From positions 3,866,101 to 3,930,100 of the forward strand of contig NC_092677.1 in the NCBI RefSeq assembly GCF_964355755.1: 64,000 nucleotides of DNA. The letters run 5' to 3'. The number at the start of each line of letters is the position of its first letter. The stretch's first letter is position 1. The position numbers and the translations under genes are program-made. The notes beneath the pieces were generated by a model. That model worked only from the letters and a program-made list of their open reading frames with translations. It was not told the DNA's origin and made no database searches. Positions 52,482-64,000 of the stretch are shown here, one piece after another. The DNA is from Antedon mediterranea (Eukaryota; Animalia; Echinodermata).

Positions 52482-55400
52482 TTAGGCCTATATTATATGG
52501 ACAGTTGCATTCAATTCGTTCAGGGAGAGGGCCATATACTGGGCTCGCTTATCTTGATCCTATTGAACATTCCTTTCTTTTGAGTTCCGTTTAAAATAGT
52601 AGGTTATTGAGATGACTATTGAGACGGGGTGCTATTCCACTCTTGCCTTATGTTTTTGTTTGGTGACGTCATGATGTCGTGAAGTCATGTTATGGTCGTT
52701 AGATATTGTATTGCTTTTAATTACATCTGTGCAACACTGTATGTAGTACAGTAGTATGTCTACGATGATGTTGTATTAAAAATGTTGTCATATAGTATAC
52801 AGTATACACAGTTATTGTAGACATAATTCAGCACTTACAACACATTGTTTTCTTCATGTCATAATGGCAGAATTTGTATCTGTGCGCATTTTATAACGTA
52901 CGTGCACGTGGCGTTTGTTGTGCGGATAACTAACTCGTCAAAGTGACGAGTTCAAATCTAGTTAGACATTAGTAGTAATATTAAGGTGTTCCAACCCAGT
53001 GTTTTTGTTAATCGATAATCAAGTCATCGAACTGTTCTATATTTGTTTGTTTGCTTGTGGTAACTTCAAGAAATATTGACTAGCCTGTAGACGTTTTGTC
53101 TCATCTTCTTTGGAAAATATCGGCAGTGGCTCGGATTCGATTCCATCTGCCTTTTTGATCCGTTTCATTTTAATCACTTTATACATTTAGATAAGGTTTA
53201 AAGTGTTATAAAATACCTGTTATAACTATACATTTAGACGATCGTTCGTATCATCTTCTTAGTAGAAATCACTAAATTACAATACTAATGGTGATTGGAA
53301 TTCGATGTTTAATATCTATGTAATTTAACTAACTTCAACGTGTTTTTTTTTTCTTGTTAAAGGCTGCTTTCAATTTTTCTGTTTCATTAAAAATGTACCA
53401 TCGCTTTCGTTAATACAGTGGAAAGAACCTCTGTTTTGGGGCACCGCTAAGGGGAAACTTTTCTTTAAAAAACGTGTTGACAGTACGTCAAACTCCAATT
53501 TAGGGGACACTTGGATTCCGAAGTGTTGGCTTATGCCTCTCCTCAGGTTAAGGTAGGCACTGGACGAGAGAAGCCCTAGATCAATGATGGACCAAGGTGC
53601 TTTCACCACCAGTCCTGGCTTAGTTTCATCCATCATGCAGATGAATGTAGACTAATACATCTTCGTTCGCGATAGATAGAAAGAAAGAATATCGATTCAT
53701 TCATCATTTATAATTGCTAATCAAACCTTTTTTTCATGTTTCCCGTTGTTTACAGGCGTAGATGATATGTCAACAAAACAAATAAAATTATAATCAACAC
53801 AATTTATTTCTTAACATTTATTTTCTATGTATTATTACACTCTATAGCCGATGTTTGCCCATATATGGACATGATGATGTCACATCATTACCGTATTTAA
53901 GCACATCACTGCCATATTTGGGCACATCACACTTTTTTTGTCAAACTAGTTTGATAGTGTAGACAGAGCTTAAAATAGACATAGCCTATTTTATCTACAG
54001 TACAGTGAAACGATTGATTTTCTACAGATATTATTATCATACAATTGTTATCGCACGGCAATACTCTTGGCACTATATGTTGACTACAGCAGTCCTGAAA
54101 CTTGGTTCTTTCTTGGACGCAACGCAGTGAAGTAAGCACAATGCAAATGAGTTGACCAATCACAAGGGACAGTTCCGATGATCCACCGCGTCGTGGCGTT
54201 GCGGCGCCCTTACGTTGCGTCCAATTTGGAACCTAGATTTAGCGTGTGATAATCAAGTGAATTTATATATACATTACCATTAACTTATCGAATAAACGAA
54301 AATATTTCGCCGAACTAAAAATTGTATAAGCTCCGCGGATTATTTCAGTCTTTACTCGGTACAATACTTGATTACATTTTTCCAGTATCATGAGACATTA
54401 ATCTAACTGAAAATAATTCTACACACATGATCGTAACCAGAGGAAAATGTTTTCACTATTAATTCTACATACTCATTCAATAATGTGTACACAGTATGTT
54501 ATTCTAAGCGTACATATACTAATTAATCAAACGTATGTACTTCAAATGGTGTATACAGTACTTTAATATAAATGTAATGATCACAAACTCAATACCCAGT
54601 GTATTTCAGACGATTTGAAACCATATTAACTATATAGATTTATTTACAAGTTGTACTGGACAGTTATAAATAATCTAATGATACATTGTGGTTATGTATT
54701 TTAACGGAGTGTCTTACAACAGTAAAGCAAAACAAAGCGTTCCTACGCGTCACCATTATATTGTCTTTTTCTATAACAATTATTACATCCATGTTAAAAT
54801 GAATATAAGTACCTCGGATTTTGGAAAAAAAAAAGAACAAGAACAAGTATTTGACTATAAAACAATCGAATTACGTTATCTCCTGCAAAAAACGTAATAT
54901 ATAACGTCACAATTAAGAAAGTTTATACGTAGTTGATACGTCACGGAAAGTAGTCTGTCAAGCACAGTCGTCGTCGTTGTTACAGGAATGGAATAAATTG
55001 AGGTTCAGTATTTTCAGTCCAGATAGGATATTGAGTTAAGTTCAGAACTTATTTTCACATTATTTAGACCCTGTGCCCCCTATTTCAAAACCCGTTGGTA
55101 TTTGTCCTTACATGGGATAGTATGTCAAAAGAATAAAGCTTCTCTTCTGTACAACCACTATAGTAGTACCAACAGTACAGTACATTTGTTAGAAATCCAG
55201 TACTAACAATGTTCGAAGTTATTCTATTATCAATTGTATACCGGTTTGTTTATAATCGAGCATAATTCCATATTAAATCCTGGCTTAAAGCTGCGCTCCG
55301 ACCCAGTTATAGCTAGCAGACCTTTAGATAGCAAGATGCGTATTCAAACACTCTTCACTGCGTTTTTCTTTTTATCCACAACTGCGCATGTCTTGAATTA

Positions 55401-55780
55401 ATACGTGATATCTGCACCATCCGGCTTCAGAATACTTTTGCTTGTCATGTGAATCTGCTCTGTCTCCTTGCAGTTTCGGGATTTATTTCGTCCAGTTAGG
55501 CTTTTCCACTGTTGATAAAATAAGGAAAAGTTCAGTTCGTATCGTCAGGAAAACAATGCATAAAATAGGTAAACATGCGGTTAGTATAGTAGAAACCCAA
55601 GTTAGTTATCGGTATGAAATGGCCTATATACTAGACAGCAGTTTTTAATTCCGTTTAATACTGTATATAAAATATTTGTTAACGAGACCCCGATGTAGGC
55701 CTAAATAAAGTATCACAAACATGGGATGTTATTATCATGGAGCAATGCGGTAATTTATAACGGTTTTAGACTGTACGCAT

Positions 55781-56881
55781 TTAAGTGCGGTTTGGAGATT
55801 CATCACGTACCGAAGAAACGACTGTAGATCCTCTGGAGAGTCTAACAAACTTGGATGACCCAACGGTTGAGGGCGTCGCTGCACCCTTGTGGTGTCCTAT
55901 TCTATACCCGCAGATGTAACTTCGAAACTCTCGGCTTATTAAATAGATAATGACAGGATTAATGCATGAATTCGCACAGGCCAATACTGGTATCACAATC
56001 AACGAAACAGCAGCTCCAAATGTAAACAATCCAACTTCATACTGATGCAACAGGAACCACAGAACATACGGGAACCAGCAGACGAAGAAGGCTAGAGCCA
56101 TGAGTGCAATAATGGCGGCCAAACGATTTCTTTGTTTATTGATCTTTTTATTTTCCGTTTCATTTTTCACTAATCTTCCAGTTGAGCAAAGATGATGCGA
56201 AATACTGATGTAACAAAATGCGATAATACACATAGGTATTACAAATAAAAATATAGCTTTGTTTATTTCAAATATTTTAGCCTGGGCTGTATATGTATCT
56301 GAAGCCTCACAATATTTTTTCCCGTTGTACGGATTCTCACCTAAATGTGATAAATAACCAGACGCAAATGCAAATGCAAGGCCTAGGCTCCAAGATACAG
56401 CCAACATGCTGTAGTATATTTTGGCAGTCTGCCATTGGCGGTGCTGTAGTGGACTCAAGATGGCTTTATAACGGTCGCAGCTGAGAATAGCCAAACTATA
56501 AACAGAGATTGCTTGTGAAAATACTGCAATTGACACCGTCAAACCGCACACGAATTCACTTTTGTTACCCACATCCTCTTTAAACATATCGGCAGCAAGT
56601 CGAAAAGGTGTATTCACCATTAGGTAAATGCAGTCACTCAAAGCAAGTCCAGCCAAAAGTATGTTTGGCGCCTTTTTACCTTGACGCATGCTCCGATTGC
56701 AAGCGATTGTAAGGAATACAGAACAGTTACCAAACATGCCGATAATAAATATTATGAAGTAGAGAATAATTGAAAATATTTTCAATCTGTCATAAATATG
56801 CTGATCAGGATCAAAATACTCAACATACGATGACGAGTTTTCATCATTATCTGTTTCCATGGCAACTGTTGTTATATCCAT
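55781..56881 (-). CDS. Class A (rhodopsin-like) neuropeptide GPCR, bombesin/endothelin/CCHamide-receptor-like, single coding exon, ~366 aa
   Basis: Seven hydrophobic segments; GN (TM1), LALSD (TM2), SVYSLAILSCDRYKAI (TM3), CWFP (TM6), NSCINPVIIY (TM7). A splice acceptor (atttcag) near 56902 indicates the real ATG is 56881 rather than the ORF-track start. Subfamily is inferred from recalled motif similarity only. Confidence 0.85.
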   Translation of the reverse strand: MDITTVAMETDNDENSSSYVEYFDPDQHIYDRLKIFSIILYFIIFIIGMFGNCSVFLTIACNRSMRQGKKAPNILLAGLALSDCIYLMVNTPFRLAADMFKEDVGNKSEFVCGLTVSIAVFSQAISVYSLAILSCDRYKAILSPLQHRQWQTAKIYYSMLAVSWSLGLAFAFASGYLSHLGENPYNGKKYCEASDTYTAQAKIFEINKAIFLFVIPMCIIAFCYISISHHLCSTGRLVKNETENKKINKQRNRLAAIIALMALAFFVCWFPYVLWFLLHQYEVGLFTFGAAVSLIVIPVLACANSCINPVIIYLISREFRSYICGYRIGHHKGAATPSTVGSSKFVRLSRGSTVVSSVRDESPNRT

Positions 56882-57519
56882 TGTGAGATTCAAAGGCCAA
56901 TCTGAAATTATATATAAATATATATAGTTTAAGGTACAAAAAAATACAATAATATATTGCAACATTCTTATCACTATATAAATAGGCCAAATAAACATAA
57001 TTTTGTGTGACGATATAGAAGGCGCTCTTGAACTATTACCAATTTATGTTGACATGCGCAGTAATTTCATTTAATTGTATAAAAACACAACATATTTCAA
57101 CATTCGAAGTTTTTATGATGACCGTATTCTCGCTATCAATCCATCAATCGCATCGTTTTATTGTTATTCCAATCGTCACGTTGCCAGTGTGTATTGTGCA
57201 GCGTAATAGCTTTTACACATCTTTCAAAGCTGTCAATCGCGCCAGCTAGCTAACTAGCAATTGATGGTCTAATTACGTCAGCACTTAGGTAGTTAAAAAG
57301 TAAGCCATTTATTATTGTCTGTCTAACTTTTGCTTTAAGTAAATATTATGGATCGTAATGTGTCTAATGTATTGTACAATACTGTTTGGAAATTGGGGTT
57401 TCATGGTTTTATTCTGGAAAATAGTCGAATGAAAAATATTTGATTTGATGAGATTGCGGAGTGTGGAGTTTTCGAAAAAATATTTTATGGTTAGACTGCT
57501 TAATGAAGCCAGAAGAACC

Positions 57520-58880
57520 AATAGAAAGCTTAGGACTGATGAGAAAAAGGCAAGAAAAATGCGAAGAATATGGATGAAAAGAAATAGGGACAAGATGAAA
57601 ATATGAACGGAAAGGAAAGAAAAAAATCTGAAATGAATATGGAGAATAATGGAAAAGTGAAGAATTAAAAGAATCAATATTAGAATAGTAACAAAGAGAA
57701 TATACGAAGGAAACGAAGAATGGGAGAAATTAAATAGAATAGAAAGGAAAAGAATGGAGATAACGGGGAAGAGAGAGAATAGAAAACGAAGAGAAAAAAT
57801 AACAGAGAATAAGAAGAATAGGAAAGGAAGGGAATAAAGATAACAGGGAAGAGGGAGAGTAGAAAAGGAAGAGAATGGAGATAACACATAAGAGGGAAAA
57901 GAGAAGAAAGAGAAAAAATAACAGGGAATAAGAAGAATTGGAAAGGAAAAGAATGGAGATAACAGGGAAGAGAGAGAATAGAGAAGAAAGAGAAAACATA
58001 ACAGAAAATAAGAAGAATAGAAAAGAGAATGAAGATAACAGGGAAGAGAGAGAATAGAAAAGGGAGAGAAAGAAATAACAGGAATAAGAAGAATAGGAAA
58101 GGAAGTGAATGGAGATAACAGGGAAGAGAGAGAATTTCAAAGGAAGAGAAAAAAAATAACAGGAATAAGAAGAATAGGAAAGGAAGAGAATGGAGATAAC
58201 AGGGAAGAGAGAGAATTTAAAAGGGAGAGAAAAAATAACAGGAATAAGAAGAATATGAAAGGAAAAGAATGAAGATAACAGGGAAGAGGGAAAATAGGGA
58301 AGAAACAGAAAAAATAAGAAGATTAGGAAAGGAAGAAAATATTAATGAAAATGAAGAAGAAAATAGAAAGGATAATAATGGAGATAACAGAGAAGAGGGA
58401 GAAAAGAGAATGAAGAGAAAACACAATGGAATAAGAAGAAGGGATAACAGAGAAGAGGGAGAAAGGAGAAGAAAGAGAATACATAACGGAATAAGAAGAA
58501 GGGATAACAGAGAAGAGGGAGAAAGGAGAAGAAAGAGAATACATAACGGAATAAGAAGAAGGGATAACAGAGAAGAGGGAGAAAGGAGAAGAAAGAGAAT
58601 ACATAACGGAATAAGAAGAATAAGAAAGGAAGAGAATTGAGATAACAGAGAAGAGGGAGAAAAGAGAAGAAAGAGAATACATAACGGAATAAGAAGAATA
58701 AGAAAGGAAGAGAATTAGTAATTCTCTTCGTTACGTGTTTAGAAGAGAATTTATATCTCATCGTAGTTGTACGACACGGTTATGGCAGAAAGAAGAGAAA
58801 AAATAACAGGGATTATGAATATTAATGAAAAGAAAGAGAATAGGAAAGGGAGAAAATCAGAACAAAGAAAAGGGCGAATT
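57520..58880. repeat. Polypurine (GA-rich) minisatellite with ~60-bp units
   Basis: Strong purine bias on the + strand; near-perfect 60-bp repeats at ~58380-58715 (GGGATAACAGAGAAGAGGGAGAAAGGAGAAGAAAGAGAATACATAACGGAATAAGAAGAA). Confidence 0.9.
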
Positions 58881-60499
58881 AGTAGATAGATTTTTTTGAA
58901 AAGAATGTTAGACTATGTCAATTAGGGATAGAATATGGAAAGGAGCAAACGGAGGGATAATAACACGATTGACTGATATGCCATTAATGACACCGTAGTA
59001 ATGATGTATGGTTATTATGACATCACATTTAAAACATGTACTTAATAGCTCATTAGTTAAGTATCAACTCACATACATATTAATGACCACTTTAGTAACC
59101 GAAGTCGCCTTAACATTTCGTGCAAAACATGTATTAAGAAATTAATCGAGTATTAATTAGAAGCATGCAAGAGTACAAGTCGCATGGTGATTATAGCTCC
59201 TCCGAATACCCCCGTGATGGGTAAAACTGTTAAAAACCCATAAACCCATATTTAAAGATTATGTTATAATAATAGCCATAATTATATACCTATAATTACT
59301 TAGTGAAAGTTTTAACGAAAGTTGCTAATGCGGTACGAGCAATATGACACAAAACTGAACTTAGCCGCCGGACCGCGATATTTCTTTTCGCACATAATTT
59401 GGGTTAGGGTTAGGAAACGTCACAAAAAACATGAATATTCATATCCATAAGGTGTGACGTTAGGTGCAAAAAAACCCTTTGGACTATAATTGCTATGGTG
59501 GTCACAAAAAAGCATAAACACGTCCATTACGCCAACGTATTAGTATTATTATTATTCAAGAACAAATGAGATGACAATGTGTTGTCCTCGTTGATAATTG
59601 GACCCAAGGGTGACATTATAATCATCGTAATATTATTTTAATATCTAAAATCAAAACATGCTAATTAGTTTGCTATCATATCAAAGGACGCCTTCGGTTT
59701 GCGAATTACCTTCAATCACATTAAAAATTAGGTGATAACGTTGGTAATCATGTTTAGATACCTATCTACGTGATCTGTGATTCGTAAACAATGCAACGGT
59801 GCCGCTCTCCCATTATTACTCCGAAGCAGCTCTGCACGAACACATCTATTTTCCATTAGTGAGAACTAAATTAGTATTGTAAACATGTACATTATTTTAA
59901 TGTGTAAGGCAAGCAGCATACAAAATGGAATCATTAATTATGTACGATTATAAAACTCTTTATTTTTGTTGTAAATAACCTATAACGTCAGTTTTATAGC
60001 ATGCATCTTATTTAAAATAGGCCGGTTTTAAATTGTATCTATATAGGCTACCCATAATACGTTCATTCTTGCTAATGCATGAGAGAGACGTTTATTTTAT
60101 ATAGGCCTACATAGTATTATATTGTTTGAAGGTTTGCATGGCGTTATCAAATGTTGTTGTTTACGGTACATACACCTTAGGACGATCATAGCATATTAAT
60201 TGAAATGTCAAGAAACTCAACAGTTCGTTTCAGAACTAGATAATACGTGGTGTACCCGCAAACATTATATCAACCTACATAGTAGTGTTTATACATTATT
60301 AAATTACGTATAGTATGTAGAAACACGATTTGAATGCGCCAAATACTTGAGAACACAGTTTAATTGAACAGAAAAGGTGAAATCTCCTATATTCATTAAA
60401 TTGAAAGACAAACTACATAGGAAGAAAACTATCGCAATATTTGTTTGTATGGAAGTTTAGTATGGAATTAAAACATAACTGCTTAACAATAATATATAG

Positions 60500-60501
60500 T
60501 A

Positions 60502-60545
<44 letters not shown>

Positions 60546-60644
60546 CCAAAGGCAAATTACTGAAAATATGACAATGCTATGGGTATCAGTGGCTGGATCT
60601 CAATGGAGATACAAAATGAAAGCGAAAAGCTAAATATATAAAAA

Positions 60645-60735
<91 letters not shown>
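60500..60735. repeat. (TA)n microsatellites flanking one unit of the 68-bp repeat
   Basis: (TA)n at ~60509-60542 and ~60652-60735. Confidence 0.9.
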
Positions 60736-60741
<6 letters not shown>

Positions 60742-63700
60742 CACAACAGGCAAATAACATTAATTAGTTATCAGGTTTTTTTTTGTAGAACACGATGTGG
60801 CACCGGTATGGTTGGTATTTCTTCTATTCTCCCAAACAGATTATGGGCATCCACCTGCCATATGGCGCAAATACATTGTTTCAATATTGAAATTCTAATT
60901 TAATTAATTCCCTATTCACTAAATTTATTTAAAATCAATTTGATGTTCAATTGAATTAATTACAGGAATAAGGCATCATTTTATCTAATCAAATCAAATT
61001 CAAAAGAAAATAACACAGATTAATTAGTGTCGGTAGAGTCGATTCGAATTTTAAGAGCAATTAATTAAAGTTGGTATTAGCATATAATACAATGATTAAT
61101 TACAGATTATCATTAGATTTATTTTTTCACCAAAAATATCTTAAGGATGTTAGTATACTTCAACTACTATTTTAAAAACAGTGTTTAGATCTTAAACATG
61201 TATTTTGTACTCACTTTTCCACACGTTTAGCCTTAAACATGTTTTGATATGAACATGTTTAGGTTCTAAATACTTTCTAAACATGTAGTCTATATCCTAC
61301 TCAACACATCAGTGACGTTATTTATTTTTACAGTGTATACGTCAACCTGATAATTTCCATTCGAATGATGAAAACATGGTTTTAAGCTGAGGTCGCTCAG
61401 ATTTCAATTTTCATTATCGTTGTTAATGTTGGAAAGATTCTTCTTAATCATGGTTACTATTTAATTTAAAGGATACTTTTGCTTCAGGGGAACGACTGTA
61501 TAATGAAGAAATCAATGAATTAAAACAAAAACGCACTAGTTTGTAGAAAAGGTCTTTCTAAAGGTCGCAAGTAATTTCTTTATGTTATTGTAAAGATGCG
61601 GCATTAAAAAGAAATGAATCGCAATCGAAATTGCCAATTTAAACTGTATTTACACGAGGTAGAGTTAAGAAGTCGAAGCGCGCATATACGAACTGGTGCA
61701 GATATGTATTACAGGCGTTTAGGAGTTTGTCAACATTTTGATTGGATATGGTTTATTGATGAACGATTACAGTATATGAATTTAATTTAGATCCAACGCG
61801 AATACTGACAAAACAAACAATGTTATTGGTATCAGTGGCAGGATCTCACTAGAAGTAAAAATAAAAATAAGCAAAGTTAAAAAAAAGTAAAACAGCCAAA
61901 AAGAAAGTGCAAAGTTTTTGGAAAACGATATTTCTTCGTCAGGAAAAATGTTGATCCATGGAGAATACTGCCAAAACAATGACAATGTTGTGGGTATCAG
62001 TGATTGGATCTCAATGGAGATACAAATAAAAATAAGCAAAATGCCAAATCAAAACAGTAAGTAGAACAGCCAGTAAGAAAGTGCCAATTTTTGGAAAACA
62101 CTATTCCTAATAGGGCTAATCTTATTTAATTTATAAATAACTGCTGCAAACTTCAAAACTTTTTTTTTCCAAATTTTACAAAACTAATTTGTTGGTGTAA
62201 TATTAAGGAACCCAGACATTGAAGTAAAGCTTACCTCTTCCAAAAGACTGATTATTATTTATTAATATTACCATCATGCTGTTGCTCATTAAAGTAACTT
62301 TTGAACAATCTTTCCACACACACCTCAACTACTACATTGTGACTCTTTGATGAATTTCTATAGATTACTGCTTTCAGAAGCTATGACAATCATAAAGTAT
62401 ATATTATATTAGTATGGCTTTTTTTCATTTAAAATGGTTGAGTGATGAATTGTGACGTGCGGATTACGTTAATATTAAAAACATACGCTGTTGAATATTC
62501 CAAATGTGCGTTTTTAGACCATGATTTCGTCGAAATTCAGGTTCAAAACATCATGATGTACATTTTAATATATGAATGTATCTTAACGGTAGAACACCTT
62601 TGATCTTTTAGTATTTTAATCCTACATCATTTGTTAATGTGTATAAATGAAGTACGTTTAGCCACGTAGATACTTTAACGTTATTACCTCCAGTGTTAAA
62701 TATACCCAAGCCACTTATGGCGGCAATATTTCGGGGGCTGCGGTACAATGCGATTGATATTATGTTTCTGTCCTTTTAAGGAATCGGTGCTTTTTTTTTT
62801 ATCATGTTTTGATGTAACAGTTTAATGGTGGCATGATGCGTATGTTTAATATAGGTCAGCATCAGCTAATAGGGCTGCACATCACCTCAAACATATGTTA
62901 ATCTCGAAACCAAACGATACGGAAACCGAAGTTTTTAGGCAAACCAGCGGGCGCTTTGGTTTTGGGAGATTCCACTTTAAATTCGTCTATTATTCGTAAC
63001 GTGAATAATTATAAAGAAGGTTTACGTAATGTATAGAAGTATACAAACGATGTAGACGTGTTCCCATTGTTTATTACTGGTAGGCCTAGTACTTGTTACC
63101 AGGCCATCAGTGTTGGGATTTCATTCTCAAATGCATACATTTAGTCTATGTTCTAGACCGAAATTAGTAAACGAAAACTATTTTGGCGGATATAGCGTTT
63201 CATACGTATATAAGTATTCAGACAAAAATCGAAACGCCGAAAAAAAAAGAATAAAAAAGACAATAACTACAGATTTGGGGCAGGTTTAGCAAACAGTATA
63301 CTATTTTTATAAATCAATTTGTGTAAGTTTCTTTTGCGCGTGTATGAATTGTAGACAGAGTGTCGTATAATGAAAATCCATTTTGTTTTAATGATCGCAC
63401 TATGCATGAACCTGTCTCGTAGGAATGGGTCATAACGATAAGTATATAGCTGTCCATTTGCTGCAGAACGAGCTATTATTAATGACTTAAATCATGTTAC
63501 CTCTATTTTGTAATCATTAAGCTTGTAGCTTTAAACTAATTAGTACGTGCATGCAAGGGTTTGAACGTGTTACGCATAAACTCTAACTTAGTTACGATTA
63601 GTTATAGCGTTACGTCAGGATTAATCACCGACTGTACGTAACACGAATGTGTGAATGTACACTGTAGCTAGTGTTGACAATGCAATGCTGTATATCTGTC

Positions 63701-64000
63701 TGTCCTACTGACCAGTGCTATGATAGCATTAGTACCCTACTAACTGTTAAATATCTCAACCTCGCCACAGCAGTGAAATGCATTGCATAATTGTTATTAC
63801 TGTATATTTGTCCTTATTTATGATGGTAGTAATGTATATATGTCTGTTGTCCGTCCGTCCTTCTGACCACTGCTGAAAGATTATTAGTACCTTTGTTAAG
63901 ATTACTTGTTCAAAAACATCCAATCTATCTCAACCCTTTGTATATTGAAATTACAATAGCCTTGCCTCATCCGGATTAGGCCAAGTTGAGCCGCCGACAA

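Noticed and set aside
53370-53680. GC-richer segment with an 88-aa ORF
   Set aside because: No recognisable domain and no consistent exon chain on either strand; left unannotated.
56882-56998. Hydrophobic N-terminal extension of the GPCR in the ORF track
   Set aside because: Most of it lies upstream of a good splice acceptor at ~56902 in AT-rich intron-like sequence; ATG 56881 is preferred.
57312-58761. Many long F/S/L-rich or R/E-rich ORFs
   Set aside because: Artefacts of the GA-rich minisatellite.
59399-59414. TTAGGG-like repeats
   Set aside because: Only ~2.5 units; too short to call an interstitial telomere.

Overview
AT-rich, intron-containing animal genomic DNA. Gene content and repeats suggest a marine invertebrate, possibly an echinoderm, but this cannot be established from sequence alone. 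Most ORFs in the supplied track are spurious. Reading GT-AG exons by hand gives six protein-coding genes: (1) an orphan ~150-aa protein (-, 829-3572); (2) a 196-aa stand-alone VASt/Aster-type sterol-transfer domain protein with no GRAM domain or TM anchor and an acidic FFAT-like N-terminus (-, 4883-7739), almost entirely missed by the ORF track; (3) EI24 (-, 9988-13726), head-to-head with (4) a ZDHHC23-like palmitoyltransferase (+, 14352-18427); (5) an FSTL1-like gene spanning ~31 kb with an extended C-terminal tail (-, 21108-51906); (6) a rhodopsin-family peptide GPCR (-, 55781-56881). Non-coding space holds non-autonomous DNA elements (about 20 copies of one Harbinger-type MITE that seeds minisatellites, plus other Harbinger-, Kolobok-, MULE- and Helentron-like elements), tRNA-derived SINEs, tandem repeats and two near-perfect palindromes. 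There is no CRISPR array, rRNA or convincing tRNA gene. The best novelty candidates are the soluble FFAT-like/VASt protein and an intronic stem-loop carrying twin TCF/LEF sites.
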